Positions 26,124-34,709 of a stretch of 39,415 nt of DNA are shown one piece after another (within the stretch, counting starts at the first letter, position 1; every line of letters begins with the position of its first letter). The position numbers and the translations under genes were made by a program. The notes under the pieces are model-generated. The model searched no databases and was not told the origin of the DNA. It was given only the letters and a program-made list of their open reading frames with translations. The stretch is from Candidatus Woesearchaeota archaeon (GTDB lineage Archaea > Nanobdellota > Nanobdellia > SCGC-AAA011-G17 > JACPIM01), in the NCBI GenBank assembly GCA_964584825.1, contig CAZPBI010000001.1:6700-46114 (forward strand). Reading direction: 5' to 3'.

Positions 26124-26548
26124 TCTTCCTTATCAATTATTGGTTTGCTCTCTTCCTCTTTCTTTTTTAAATCAATTTCCTTAGCTTGAAATACACTAGG
26201 AACATCGATCATATATTTACCATCTTCTAATTTATAAACTAGTGGTTTCCCTTTAAAAATATCAACTAAATCTATCTCAAATTTTCCAGGTCCTAAAACA
26301 TTAATAGTTTCTAAATCCAATACTACAGGGGTATCTTCATCAAATTCCTTACCTATTATGTTCATAACATCCATCTCCATTCTTTTTTTATCTTCATCTG
26401 TTAACCTATTAGTAAACTCCTCAACCTTTTTAATAGATGTTTCTTTAACATAAAAAAAGAATTTGCCACCACAGTGACTACATCCTTCTAGCAATTCTTT
26501 GCTTCCATCTGCATAGAATGTATTACACCTTACGCATTGATGAGTCAT
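26120..26548 (-). CDS. Zn-ribbon protein (DUF2072-like; third member of the archaeal GTPase trio)
   Basis: MTHQCVRCNTFYADGSKELLEGCSHCGGKFFFYVK is a CxxC...CxxC ribbon at the N-terminus, followed by an acidic C-terminal half. Confidence 0.5.
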   Translation of the reverse strand: MTHQCVRCNTFYADGSKELLEGCSHCGGKFFFYVKETSIKKVEEFTNRLTDEDKKRMEMDVMNIIGKEFDEDTPVVLDLETINVLGPGKFEIDLVDIFKGKPLVYKLEDGKYMIDVPSVFQAKEIDLKKKEEESKPIIDKEE

Positions 26549-26626
26549 TAAATATTCATTAATTTATAAATATATAAATATTGTGACTAGCAAACTTTAT
26601 TAATACAAATTAAATTCCAAGCTATA

Positions 26627-27082
26627 ATGAGTAAAACAATAGTTTTTGACCTTGAGGGAGTACTTATAGTTTCTATTTCCGAACCAATCCTGCATCCAGA
26701 AGCCAAAGAAGTATTAAAAAAATCCAAAAAAGACTTTTATCAAACCTACTTATGGACCCTCGCTAATGAAAAAGTGGCATTGCCTATTCTAAAAGATTTT
26801 AATTTATTAGAATATTTTAATAAGATAATATATAGAAATTCAGAAGAAACCCAAAAAGCTAGATTAAATAATAGATTTAAAGATCTAACTGTACTTGGAA
26901 ATCCTGAAAATTTTATTTTAATTGATGATATATTAACAGAACTAGGAAATAAAAAACTTGGTTACCCATTAGAGAGATCAATTCATATCGAATCATTTAT
27001 AGGTCAAAAAAACCATAGCTTATTAATTCCTTATCAAGTAGCATTATCGAAATTTAACTCTTTTTCTTTAAATCAAATGTAA
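26627..27082 (+). CDS. HAD-superfamily phosphatase-like protein (small, capless)
   Basis: Motif I-like IVFDLEGVLI (DxE instead of DxD) and motif IV-like ILIDDI. Its 3' end overlaps the convergent 27054..27437 gene by 29 nt. Confidence 0.4.
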   Translation: MSKTIVFDLEGVLIVSISEPILHPEAKEVLKKSKKDFYQTYLWTLANEKVALPILKDFNLLEYFNKIIYRNSEETQKARLNNRFKDLTVLGNPENFILIDDILTELGNKKLGYPLERSIHIESFIGQKNHSLLIPYQVALSKFNSFSLNQM

Positions 27083-27437
27083 ATAGCTGTATTCTATACG
27101 GATCCCTTCTTATTTCCTTAACTACAGAAGCTGGTCCTATTATAGTTAAGCCCTCTCTATCCCCTAGTATCATACTTGTAAAATTCTTCTTCAATTTTTT
27201 AAATAAATCTAGATTTTTCTCTTCAGGATAAATTGTACATAACTCTATACCCTTAAATGATTTATTTATTTCTTCCATTGTTTTTTTAATTAATTTTGTT
27301 TCTTCTTCTGGTTTTAATCTTCCCTCCATTAATACAACGCTTTTATTTTTTACAATACCCAATATCTTATTTATCCTCTCTCCAGAGTCTAATGATTCAA
27401 TATCATTATAAGGCACAAATTGTAATGTTAACGCCAT
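27054..27437 (-). CDS. Small conserved archaeal protein (DUF2073-like)
   Basis: LQFVPYNDIESLDSGERINKILGIVKNKSVVLMEGRLKPEEETKLIKKTMEEI...FKGIELCTI matches my recollection of DUF2073. Lies 11 nt downstream of the GTPase gene. Confidence 0.45.
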   Translation of the reverse strand: MALTLQFVPYNDIESLDSGERINKILGIVKNKSVVLMEGRLKPEEETKLIKKTMEEINKSFKGIELCTIYPEEKNLDLFKKLKKNFTSMILGDREGLTIIGPASVVKEIRRDPYRIQLFTFDLKKKS

Positions 27438-27448
27438 AACTCACCTCC

Positions 27449-28114
27449 TTATTTAACAAGCCTAAATAAAGACTCATATAACTCCTCCACATTTGTTCCT
27501 TTTAAGGCACTAATTCCTACGACATCATATTGTGGAAATGCACTTTCGATTTTCTTTAAATTTGCTTTCCTTAAATCCATCTTATTACCAACAACAATTA
27601 GTGGAATTTTTCTAGCTACTAAATTGCCGATTATTGTAATATTCACTTGACTATAAGGATTTTCAGTAGAATCTAAAACAACCATAACCACATCCATATC
27701 ATCCAGCCATTGAATTGCCTCTACAACGCCTCTTGTAGCTTCCCTTGCTCTTTGTTTACTTTTCTTTTTACTTAGTTTAAATTTCATAAAATCTTCATAA
27801 TCTATTTTAGTAGCTATGCCTGGCGTATCTACTAAATTAAAAGTTAATTCTTTGCTTTTATTTTTAATAACAATTTTTTCTTTAACATGTATCTCTCTAG
27901 TTTCATGGGGTATATGAGAAACTGCGCTCATATTTTCACCCAACCAGTCTTTTGTAATTCTATTTGCAAGGGTTGATTTACCACTATTTGTAGGACCATA
28001 CAAACCTAATTTAATGGTTTTTTTGTTAGAAAATAATTGAGCAAAAATTCTTTGAACAAAATCTTTAATAATTCTTATCACACTAATGGCCTCTCTTATA
28101 CATATTACTTTCAA
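27449..28114 (-). CDS. Small GTP-binding protein (Era/Obg-like TRAFAC GTPase)
   Basis: G1 GLYGPTNSGKST, G3 VDTPG, G4 VGNKMDL, G5 ISALKG. TTG start in the track; an in-frame GTG is an alternative. Confidence 0.75.
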   Translation of the reverse strand: MKVICIREAISVIRIIKDFVQRIFAQLFSNKKTIKLGLYGPTNSGKSTLANRITKDWLGENMSAVSHIPHETREIHVKEKIVIKNKSKELTFNLVDTPGIATKIDYEDFMKFKLSKKKSKQRAREATRGVVEAIQWLDDMDVVMVVLDSTENPYSQVNITIIGNLVARKIPLIVVGNKMDLRKANLKKIESAFPQYDVVGISALKGTNVEELYESLFRLVK

Positions 28115-28192
28115 CCAATAGTAATATGTTTTTAAAGATTTCTATATAAAAGTAGTTATAAAATTTATAAACAACATAAAAACATAAAAGAT

Positions 28193-29173
28193 ATGTCATG
28201 TAAGGTACAAAACGACAGATCTGTAATAGATCATTTAGAAAACGACCCAAAACCATTTATTACCTTTGAGATAATACCCCCAAAAAGAGGAGAGAATATA
28301 GAGGATTTAGAGAAAATAGTTTCTGAGTTAGCTCCATATAATCCACCTTATATAGATGTGACTTCTCATCCATCTCAGATTAATTATAAAGAATCTCAAG
28401 AGGGGATAGTTAAGATGGTATTTAGAAAACGACCAGGAACAGAAAGCATATGTAGTGAAATTCAAAGAACGTATAAGATAGATGCTGTTCCGCATGTATT
28501 GTGCTTTGGTTTCACACGTGAAGAAACAGAAGATTTCTTGATTAATATATCATATTCCAGAATCAAAAATGTTCTTGCAATTAAAGGTGACGATGATGGT
28601 TATAAAAAGGAATTGGGGAGAGATAAAACTGTGAATAATTTTGCTTCAGATTTAGTTAAGCAAATATCAGATATGAACAAAGGGAAATATTTGCGTGATC
28701 TGGAAGCAAAACCAACAAATTTCTGTATAGGAGTAGCTGGCTATCCTGAAAAACATTTTCAAGCACCAAATTTAGAGTGGGACATAAAAAATCTAAAAAG
28801 AAAATTAGATGAGGGAGCGTCTTACGTTGTGACTCAAATGTTTTTTGATAATTTATTTTATTATAAATATGTTGACAAATGTAAAAAAGAAGGCATAGAT
28901 GTTCCCATTATACCAGGACTAAAAATTATAAATTCCAAGAAAAATCTAACCTCAATACCAGAAAATTTTCACGTTGCTATACCGCCAGAATTAACAGATA
29001 AAATAGAAAATGTTAAAAATGAAGATATAGAGAATATAGGAGTGGAGTGGACATATAAACAGATTAAAGGTCTATTTGAAAATGAAGTTCCATCCATTCA
29101 TCTTTATGTAATGCAAAACACGAAAGCAGTAAAAAAATTGATGGAAAAATTAAAAGTTTATTTAAAAAATTAA
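28193..29173 (+). CDS. metF: Methylenetetrahydrofolate reductase
   Basis: FITFEIIPPK, YIDVTSHP, LAIKGDD, GVAGYPEKH and VVTQMFFD are MTHFR family blocks. Confidence 0.75.
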   Translation: MSCKVQNDRSVIDHLENDPKPFITFEIIPPKRGENIEDLEKIVSELAPYNPPYIDVTSHPSQINYKESQEGIVKMVFRKRPGTESICSEIQRTYKIDAVPHVLCFGFTREETEDFLINISYSRIKNVLAIKGDDDGYKKELGRDKTVNNFASDLVKQISDMNKGKYLRDLEAKPTNFCIGVAGYPEKHFQAPNLEWDIKNLKRKLDEGASYVVTQMFFDNLFYYKYVDKCKKEGIDVPIIPGLKIINSKKNLTSIPENFHVAIPPELTDKIENVKNEDIENIGVEWTYKQIKGLFENEVPSIHLYVMQNTKAVKKLMEKLKVYLKN

Positions 29174-29343
29174 TTGATCCATTTAATAACTATCAATTAA
29201 TAAAGACTTAGTAAATTATAAATATATCATAAAAATCTAAATAGCTTGTGTATTATATCCATATTGTTAGATGATTAGATAAACTGAATATAATAGCAAA
29301 ACTTATAAGAATAAAATAATGATTGATTATTAGGATGTAAATC

Positions 29344-30807
29344 GTGGGAAATATACCAAAAGAGATTAAACGTGTAGATGAAGTAACTTGGGAAATTCCA
29401 ACTAGCTATAAAGAAGGAATGAACGTTCCAGCTAGGATTATAGCAACTGAAAAACTCATTAAAGAAATGGATATGGGTGTCTATGATCAGATTACAAATG
29501 TAGCAACTCTTCCAGGAATCCAAAAATATGCCTTATGTATGCCAGATGGACACTGGGGTTATGGATTCCCAATTGGTGGGGTTGCTGCTTTTGATCCTGA
29601 AGAAGGCGGAGTTATTTCACCTGGCGGTGTAGGTTTTGATATAAATTGCGGAATGTCTTTAATAAAAACAAATCTCACAGAAAAAGACTTAGAGCAACAC
29701 AAAAAAGAAATCTTAAATAAATTATTCGATAGGGTTCCTGCTGGTGTCGGTTCATCTGGTTTTGTTAAACTTTCTCATAGTGAATTTAAAAAAGTTGTAG
29801 AGGAAGGGAGTAAATGGTGTGTTGATAATGGATATGGCTGGGATAAAGACTTAACATTTACTGAAGAGGATGGGTGTATCGAAGGTGCAGATTCTTCTAA
29901 GATTTCTGATAAGGTAATAAAAAGAGGACTAAACCAAATTGGAACATTAGGAAGTGGAAATCATTATTTAGAAGTTCAAGTTGTAAAAGAAGAAAACATT
30001 AAAGATAAAGAAATAGCTAAAAAATTAGGATTTTTTCCTGGACAAATTGTAATTATGTGGCATTGTGGGAGTCGTGGTGCAGGACATCAAATAGCTACTG
30101 ATTATTTAATTGAATTTCTTAATGTAATGGAATCTAAGTACAAAATAAAAATTTTAGATAGAGAATTGGCTTGTGCTCCATTCCATAGCCCAGAAGGCCA
30201 AAATTATTTTGCTGCAATGAAATGCGGAATTAATATGTCCTTTGCAAATAGACAAGTAATAGGACATAGGGTAAGAGAAGTTTTTTCTCAAGTATTCAAA
30301 CAAGACGCTGAAAGTTTAGGTATGGATTTAGTATATTCTGTAGCACATAATACGGCCAAATTAGAAAAACATAATGTTGATGGTAAAATAAAAGAGTTAA
30401 TTATACATCGGAAAGGAAGCACAAGGAGCTTTAGCCCAGGAAGAGAAGAAATTCCAAAAGCCCACAGAGATTTTGGTCAAGTCGTTATCATCGGAGGCTC
30501 TATGATGACTGGTTCTTATGTTCTAGTCGGAACTGATGAGGCAATGAAAAAAACATTCGGATCAAGCGCACATGGCTCAGGAAGAACAATGTCAAAAAAA
30601 AAAAAAAAAAGAATGTTTAGAGGTGAGAGGGTACAAAAAGAAATGGAAAAAATGGGAATTCTAGTTAAGTCTGTTTCAATGAGCGGATTAGCAGAAGAAT
30701 CAGGTCCAAGCTATAAAGACATCGATATGGTAATAAATGCAACTGATTTAGCTGGGATTAGTAAACCGATAGTAAAACTTCTTCCGCTGCTTAATATAAA
30801 GGGATAG
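29344..30807 (+). CDS. rtcB: RNA-splicing ligase RtcB
   Basis: MPDGHWGYGFPIGGV, GFDINCGM, GSGNHYLEVQ, HCGSRGAGHQ, VAHNTA, HRKGSTR and SSAHGSGR are all RtcB active-site blocks. GTG start. No intein. Confidence 0.92.
   Translation: MGNIPKEIKRVDEVTWEIPTSYKEGMNVPARIIATEKLIKEMDMGVYDQITNVATLPGIQKYALCMPDGHWGYGFPIGGVAAFDPEEGGVISPGGVGFDINCGMSLIKTNLTEKDLEQHKKEILNKLFDRVPAGVGSSGFVKLSHSEFKKVVEEGSKWCVDNGYGWDKDLTFTEEDGCIEGADSSKISDKVIKRGLNQIGTLGSGNHYLEVQVVKEENIKDKEIAKKLGFFPGQIVIMWHCGSRGAGHQIATDYLIEFLNVMESKYKIKILDRELACAPFHSPEGQNYFAAMKCGINMSFANRQVIGHRVREVFSQVFKQDAESLGMDLVYSVAHNTAKLEKHNVDGKIKELIIHRKGSTRSFSPGREEIPKAHRDFGQVVIIGGSMMTGSYVLVGTDEAMKKTFGSSAHGSGRTMSKKKKKRMFRGERVQKEMEKMGILVKSVSMSGLAEESGPSYKDIDMVINATDLAGISKPIVKLLPLLNIKG
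30594..30610 (+). repeat. A17 homopolymer inside the rtcB coding sequence
   Basis: TCA AAA AAA AAA AAA AAA AGA encodes SKKKKKR, directly after the catalytic HGSGR block. It is the longest homopolymer I saw in the window. Confidence 0.9.
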
Positions 30808-31019
30808 CCCTCCCTATTTTCAAAAATTCATTGAGATTAATAATCTTATTTTTAATTAAATATATAACAAGTTTCTTTTTCATTAGTTTATCTAGGTGTC
30901 TTAATTAAAGTAACTCCAATAAATTTTAAATCTCATATTTTCTAATCAAAGAACTCCTATGTTCTATATAATTACAATAATATAGGAACTTATTTAAATA
31001 TTTATCTAGTGATTTCATT

Positions 31020-31895
31020 ATGCAAAAAATACCAATATCAATAATTTCAGGAATGCTAGGAGCAGGTAAAACCACATTACTTAGAAGAATAATAAAAAAT
31101 TTAGATAGAAAATTTGCAATTTTAATGAATGAATTTGGAGATGTGGGAATAGATACTGAAATTATTAAGGGAAAAAATATTAATGTTGCCGAGTTATTGG
31201 GTGGTTGTGTATGCTGTTCTTTAGCAGGAGAATTTGAGGAAGCTATTAGAGAGATTATACAAAATTATAATCCAGAGATTATTATAGTAGAAACTACGGG
31301 CGTAGCTGAATCAGATGCAATAGTCCTGGATATAACAGAAAATTTGCCACAAGTTAAAATAGATTCAGTAATAGCTATAGCTGACGCAGATGCTATTATA
31401 AAATTCCCATCTATAGGTAGAACAGCAATCGCCCAATTAGGGGTGGCAGATATAATTATTATAAATAAAATAGATCTTATTAATAAAAAACAATTAAAAA
31501 AAGTTAAAGAAAGAATAAAAGAATATAACAAAAAGGCTCTTTTATTAGAAGCAGAACACTGCAATATAGACATAAATTTATTATTTGACATACAAACAGA
31601 AAGAGAAATAGAAAAATTAGAACATAGACATGATAACAAATTCCAATTTTTTACATATAAAATAAAAAATAAATTATCAAAAGAAAAACTAGAATCTTTC
31701 TTAAAAAAATTACCTTCTGAATTTTATAGATTAAAAGGATTTGTTCCTTTAGAGGATAATACTTATTTGTTAAGCTATGTGGCTGGGCAATATACTTTAG
31801 AAAAATTTGATTCTAAATCACATGAATTAGTTTTTATAGGAGAAAATATTAATAAAGTAAAAGAAAAGATTATTAAAGATCTGGATAATTTGTAA
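31020..31895 (+). CDS. COG0523-family G3E GTPase (CobW/ZigA-like metallochaperone)
   Basis: P-loop GMLGAGKTTLL, metal-binding GCVCCS (CxCC), ETTGVAE, NKIDL and a CobW_C-like C-terminus (FYRLKGFVPL...LVFIGENI). Confidence 0.8.
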   Translation: MQKIPISIISGMLGAGKTTLLRRIIKNLDRKFAILMNEFGDVGIDTEIIKGKNINVAELLGGCVCCSLAGEFEEAIREIIQNYNPEIIIVETTGVAESDAIVLDITENLPQVKIDSVIAIADADAIIKFPSIGRTAIAQLGVADIIIINKIDLINKKQLKKVKERIKEYNKKALLLEAEHCNIDINLLFDIQTEREIEKLEHRHDNKFQFFTYKIKNKLSKEKLESFLKKLPSEFYRLKGFVPLEDNTYLLSYVAGQYTLEKFDSKSHELVFIGENINKVKEKIIKDLDNL

Positions 31896-32010
31896 AATAG
31901 ATGAGATCGCCTAAATTTAAAAATCAACCTTTACTAAAACTTCCCTATCAAGGAAAACTACTTTGTACACAATCTAACAAATCAGAAAATAACAGAAGCC
32001 ACAATAAAAA

Positions 32011-32436
32011 ATGAAAAACTACCAATTTTTTGATCACACATCAGATGTATTATTTGAGGCTTATGGTAAAACACTAAATGAACTATTCACAAACTGTGCC
32101 TTAGCTTTAGAAGAAACTCAAGTAGATTTAAAAGACATTAAAGAAAAACAGAAACAGACAATAAAACTAAAAAATAGATCTATTGAGATGCTCTTATTTG
32201 ATTTCTTACAAGAACTGATTTATGTAAAAGATGCAAAGAAATTAGTATTCTCGAGATTTAATGTAAAAGTAAAGCAAGTCGGTAATGAAGCAACTATTAT
32301 TGCAGAATGTTCTGGCGAAAAATTAGATATGAAAAAACATGAATTAAAAGTAGATGTAAAAGCCATGACTTTACATCAATTCTATGTGAAAAAATTAAAA
32401 GATAATTGGATAGCTAGAATTATTTTAGACATTTAA
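32011..32436 (+). CDS. Archease (RtcB activator)
   Basis: YQFFDHTSDVLFEAYGKTLNELF... and VKAMTLHQF. 141 aa, typical archease. Confidence 0.8.
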   Translation: MKNYQFFDHTSDVLFEAYGKTLNELFTNCALALEETQVDLKDIKEKQKQTIKLKNRSIEMLLFDFLQELIYVKDAKKLVFSRFNVKVKQVGNEATIIAECSGEKLDMKKHELKVDVKAMTLHQFYVKKLKDNWIARIILDI

Positions 32437-32478
32437 AAATATAAAAAGATTTAAAATTCCAAAGCATATATTAATATT

Positions 32479-33306
32479 ATGACAGGCAAATTTACTTTAT
32501 TGGAAAATGGAAAATTAAAATGGGGAGGAGTCTCAGAAGATTCATCTAACTACAAAGAAAATGATGAAACCTTCTTAGCTGTTGCCGATGGTATAACTAG
32601 AGACTCTTTTAATATCTACCCAAATTTAAATACAGAAGAAGGTAAAAAGAAATTTTGTGATAATTATCCTAAACCTAGTATTGCAAAAGAAGCATCAAAC
32701 ATAGCAGTCAATAGTAATAATTTATATGAGGCAAATAAAAAGATCATGATCTTAAACAAAGAAAAGGTTCCAGATCCAAATTGGTTAATGAAAGATTTAG
32801 CTGGTTGCACTGCAGCAATGGCTATAATCAAAGAAAATATTTTACACTATAGTTATATTGGATGTTGTGGTATTGTTGTAATTAGAAATGGTAAAGTTAT
32901 ATTCAAAACTAAAGATGAATATTGGCCATTAGATAAAAAAAGATGGAATTTAGTAAATAAAGCAGAATTTATTAAAGATTTCCTTAAAAGTTTTAGCAAA
33001 AAACATGAATGGTGGAGTTACCCTGAAGGAAGAATGATTATGAGAAGAATGTTTAGAAATAAACCAAAACAAAAATATTCTTTTGGTGTTTTAACAGGCG
33101 AAAAAGAAGCAGAGTATTACATAAGAAAAGGAAAAATCATATTAAAAGAAGGTGATGTTGTATTACTTTATACAGATGGTTTAAAAGATGGTTTATTTAC
33201 TAAAAAAGCGTTAAAAATAATTAAAGATAAAGATTTCTCAAAATTAAAAGAATACTGCAAAGATAGAGTAAACACAGAGGGTACTGTAGTATACTGGTGT
33301 AAATAA
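32479..33306 (+). CDS. PP2C/SpoIIE-like (PPM) protein phosphatase domain protein
   Basis: SEDS...FLAVADGITRDS (metal-binding Asp block) and VVLLYTDGL near the C-terminus. Confidence 0.45.
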   Translation: MTGKFTLLENGKLKWGGVSEDSSNYKENDETFLAVADGITRDSFNIYPNLNTEEGKKKFCDNYPKPSIAKEASNIAVNSNNLYEANKKIMILNKEKVPDPNWLMKDLAGCTAAMAIIKENILHYSYIGCCGIVVIRNGKVIFKTKDEYWPLDKKRWNLVNKAEFIKDFLKSFSKKHEWWSYPEGRMIMRRMFRNKPKQKYSFGVLTGEKEAEYYIRKGKIILKEGDVVLLYTDGLKDGLFTKKALKIIKDKDFSKLKEYCKDRVNTEGTVVYWCK

Positions 33307-33357
33307 TTATATAAGAGTATAATAAAAAATTTAAATTTATAATAATTAAAAATATTA

Positions 33358-34140
33358 ATGATACGAGTTGGAATTATTGGCGGATCTGGTTTAGATAACC
33401 CAAATTTGCTTTCCGATTATGAGGAAGTTTCTATTGAGACCCCATATGGTTACCCTTCTTCTAATATTACAGCAGGCAAAATAAATAATGTCGAAGTAGC
33501 CATTTTATCAAGACATGGTAAAAACCATAGTATAAATCCAACAAATGTCCCTTATAGAGCAAATATTTATGCATTAAAAAAAGTAGGATGTACACATATC
33601 CTAGCAACTACAGCATGTGGTTCATTAAAAGAAGAAATAAAACCTGGGGATTTAATATTCATTAATCAATATATAGATCATACAAAAAAAAGACATACAA
33701 CGTTTTTTGATAAAGATAAAGTAATACATCTACCAAGTGCAGAACCATTTTGTCCTTATTTAAGGGATTTACTAGCAATAGCAGCATCGCAATTAGATTT
33801 ATCCCATCATAGAAATGGTACTATTATAACTATAGAGGGCCCAAGATTTTCTACAAAGGCAGAATCACATATGTTTAGGAGATGGGGAGCTGAAGTTATT
33901 AATATGTCCGCCGTACCAGAAGTAAATTTAGCTAATGAGGCAGGCATATGTTACGCATCTATTGCTACTGCAACAGATTACGATTGTTTCTTAGATAATA
34001 GACCCAATGTAACATACGATGAAGTAATAAAAGTAATGAATGAAAATGCTGAAAAAGTAAAAAAATTAATATTAAATGTATTACCAGAAATAAAAAATTC
34101 AGAGTGTATATGCAAAAATAAAATACATGAGGAAATATAA
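33358..34140 (+). CDS. mtnP: S-methyl-5'-thioadenosine phosphorylase
   Basis: IGIIGGSGL, LSRHGKNH, PYRANIYALKKVGCTHILATTACGSL, EGPRFSTKAES and INMSAVPE. Confidence 0.85.
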   Translation: MIRVGIIGGSGLDNPNLLSDYEEVSIETPYGYPSSNITAGKINNVEVAILSRHGKNHSINPTNVPYRANIYALKKVGCTHILATTACGSLKEEIKPGDLIFINQYIDHTKKRHTTFFDKDKVIHLPSAEPFCPYLRDLLAIAASQLDLSHHRNGTIITIEGPRFSTKAESHMFRRWGAEVINMSAVPEVNLANEAGICYASIATATDYDCFLDNRPNVTYDEVIKVMNENAEKVKKLILNVLPEIKNSECICKNKIHEEI

Positions 34141-34670
34141 TGCAAGAAATTAAAAATAAAATAAGAACAATCCCACATTGGCCTAAGCAAGGTGTAATGT
34201 TTAGGGATATCACTACAGTATTAAAAGATCCTTATTGTTTTTCTAAAATAATAGATTCATTCTACGAAAGATATAAAGATCTAGATATAGATTTGATCGT
34301 TGGCATCGAAATTAGAGGTTTTATTTTAGCATCTGCATTAGCATTAAAGATGAGTAAGGGTTTTGTCCCAATAAGAAAAACTGGAAAATTACCTGCAGCT
34401 ACTACTAGGATAGAATATGAATTAGAATACGGAAAAGATTCTTTAGAAATTCATAATGATGCAATTATCCCAGGACAAAATGTACTGCTAATAGACGATT
34501 TAATTGCAACTTCAGGAACGAGTTTAGCCGCGGCAAGATTGATAAAACAATTGGGCGGAAAAATTATAGAAATTGCTTTTTTAATAGAATTAATAGACTT
34601 AAAGGGAAAAGATAAATTAATGAATAAAGGATACAAGACTTTTTCATTATTACAATTTGAAGGAAAGTAA
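34140..34670 (+). CDS. apt: Adenine phosphoribosyltransferase
   Basis: IRTIPHWPKQGVMFRDITTVL and the PRPP loop VLLIDDLIATSGT. Its ATG overlaps the mtnP stop (TAATG). Confidence 0.85.
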   Translation: MQEIKNKIRTIPHWPKQGVMFRDITTVLKDPYCFSKIIDSFYERYKDLDIDLIVGIEIRGFILASALALKMSKGFVPIRKTGKLPAATTRIEYELEYGKDSLEIHNDAIIPGQNVLLIDDLIATSGTSLAAARLIKQLGGKIIEIAFLIELIDLKGKDKLMNKGYKTFSLLQFEGK

Positions 34671-34709
34671 TTTAATTTATATAAAATAAATTTGAATCTT
34701 ACCTCCAAT

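Noticed and set aside
29275-29523. 82-aa minus-strand ORF overlapping the rtcB start.
   Set aside because: It overlaps the strongly supported rtcB N-terminus and has no motif and an odd composition. It is most likely spurious.
31901-32014. 37-codon ORF (MRSPKFKNQPLLKLPYQGKLLCTQSNKSENNRSHNKK) in the spacer between the COG0523 and archease genes.
   Set aside because: No Shine-Dalgarno, no motif and low complexity. It is plausible by chance in a 115-nt spacer. It is worth a glance only if ribosome profiling data exist.
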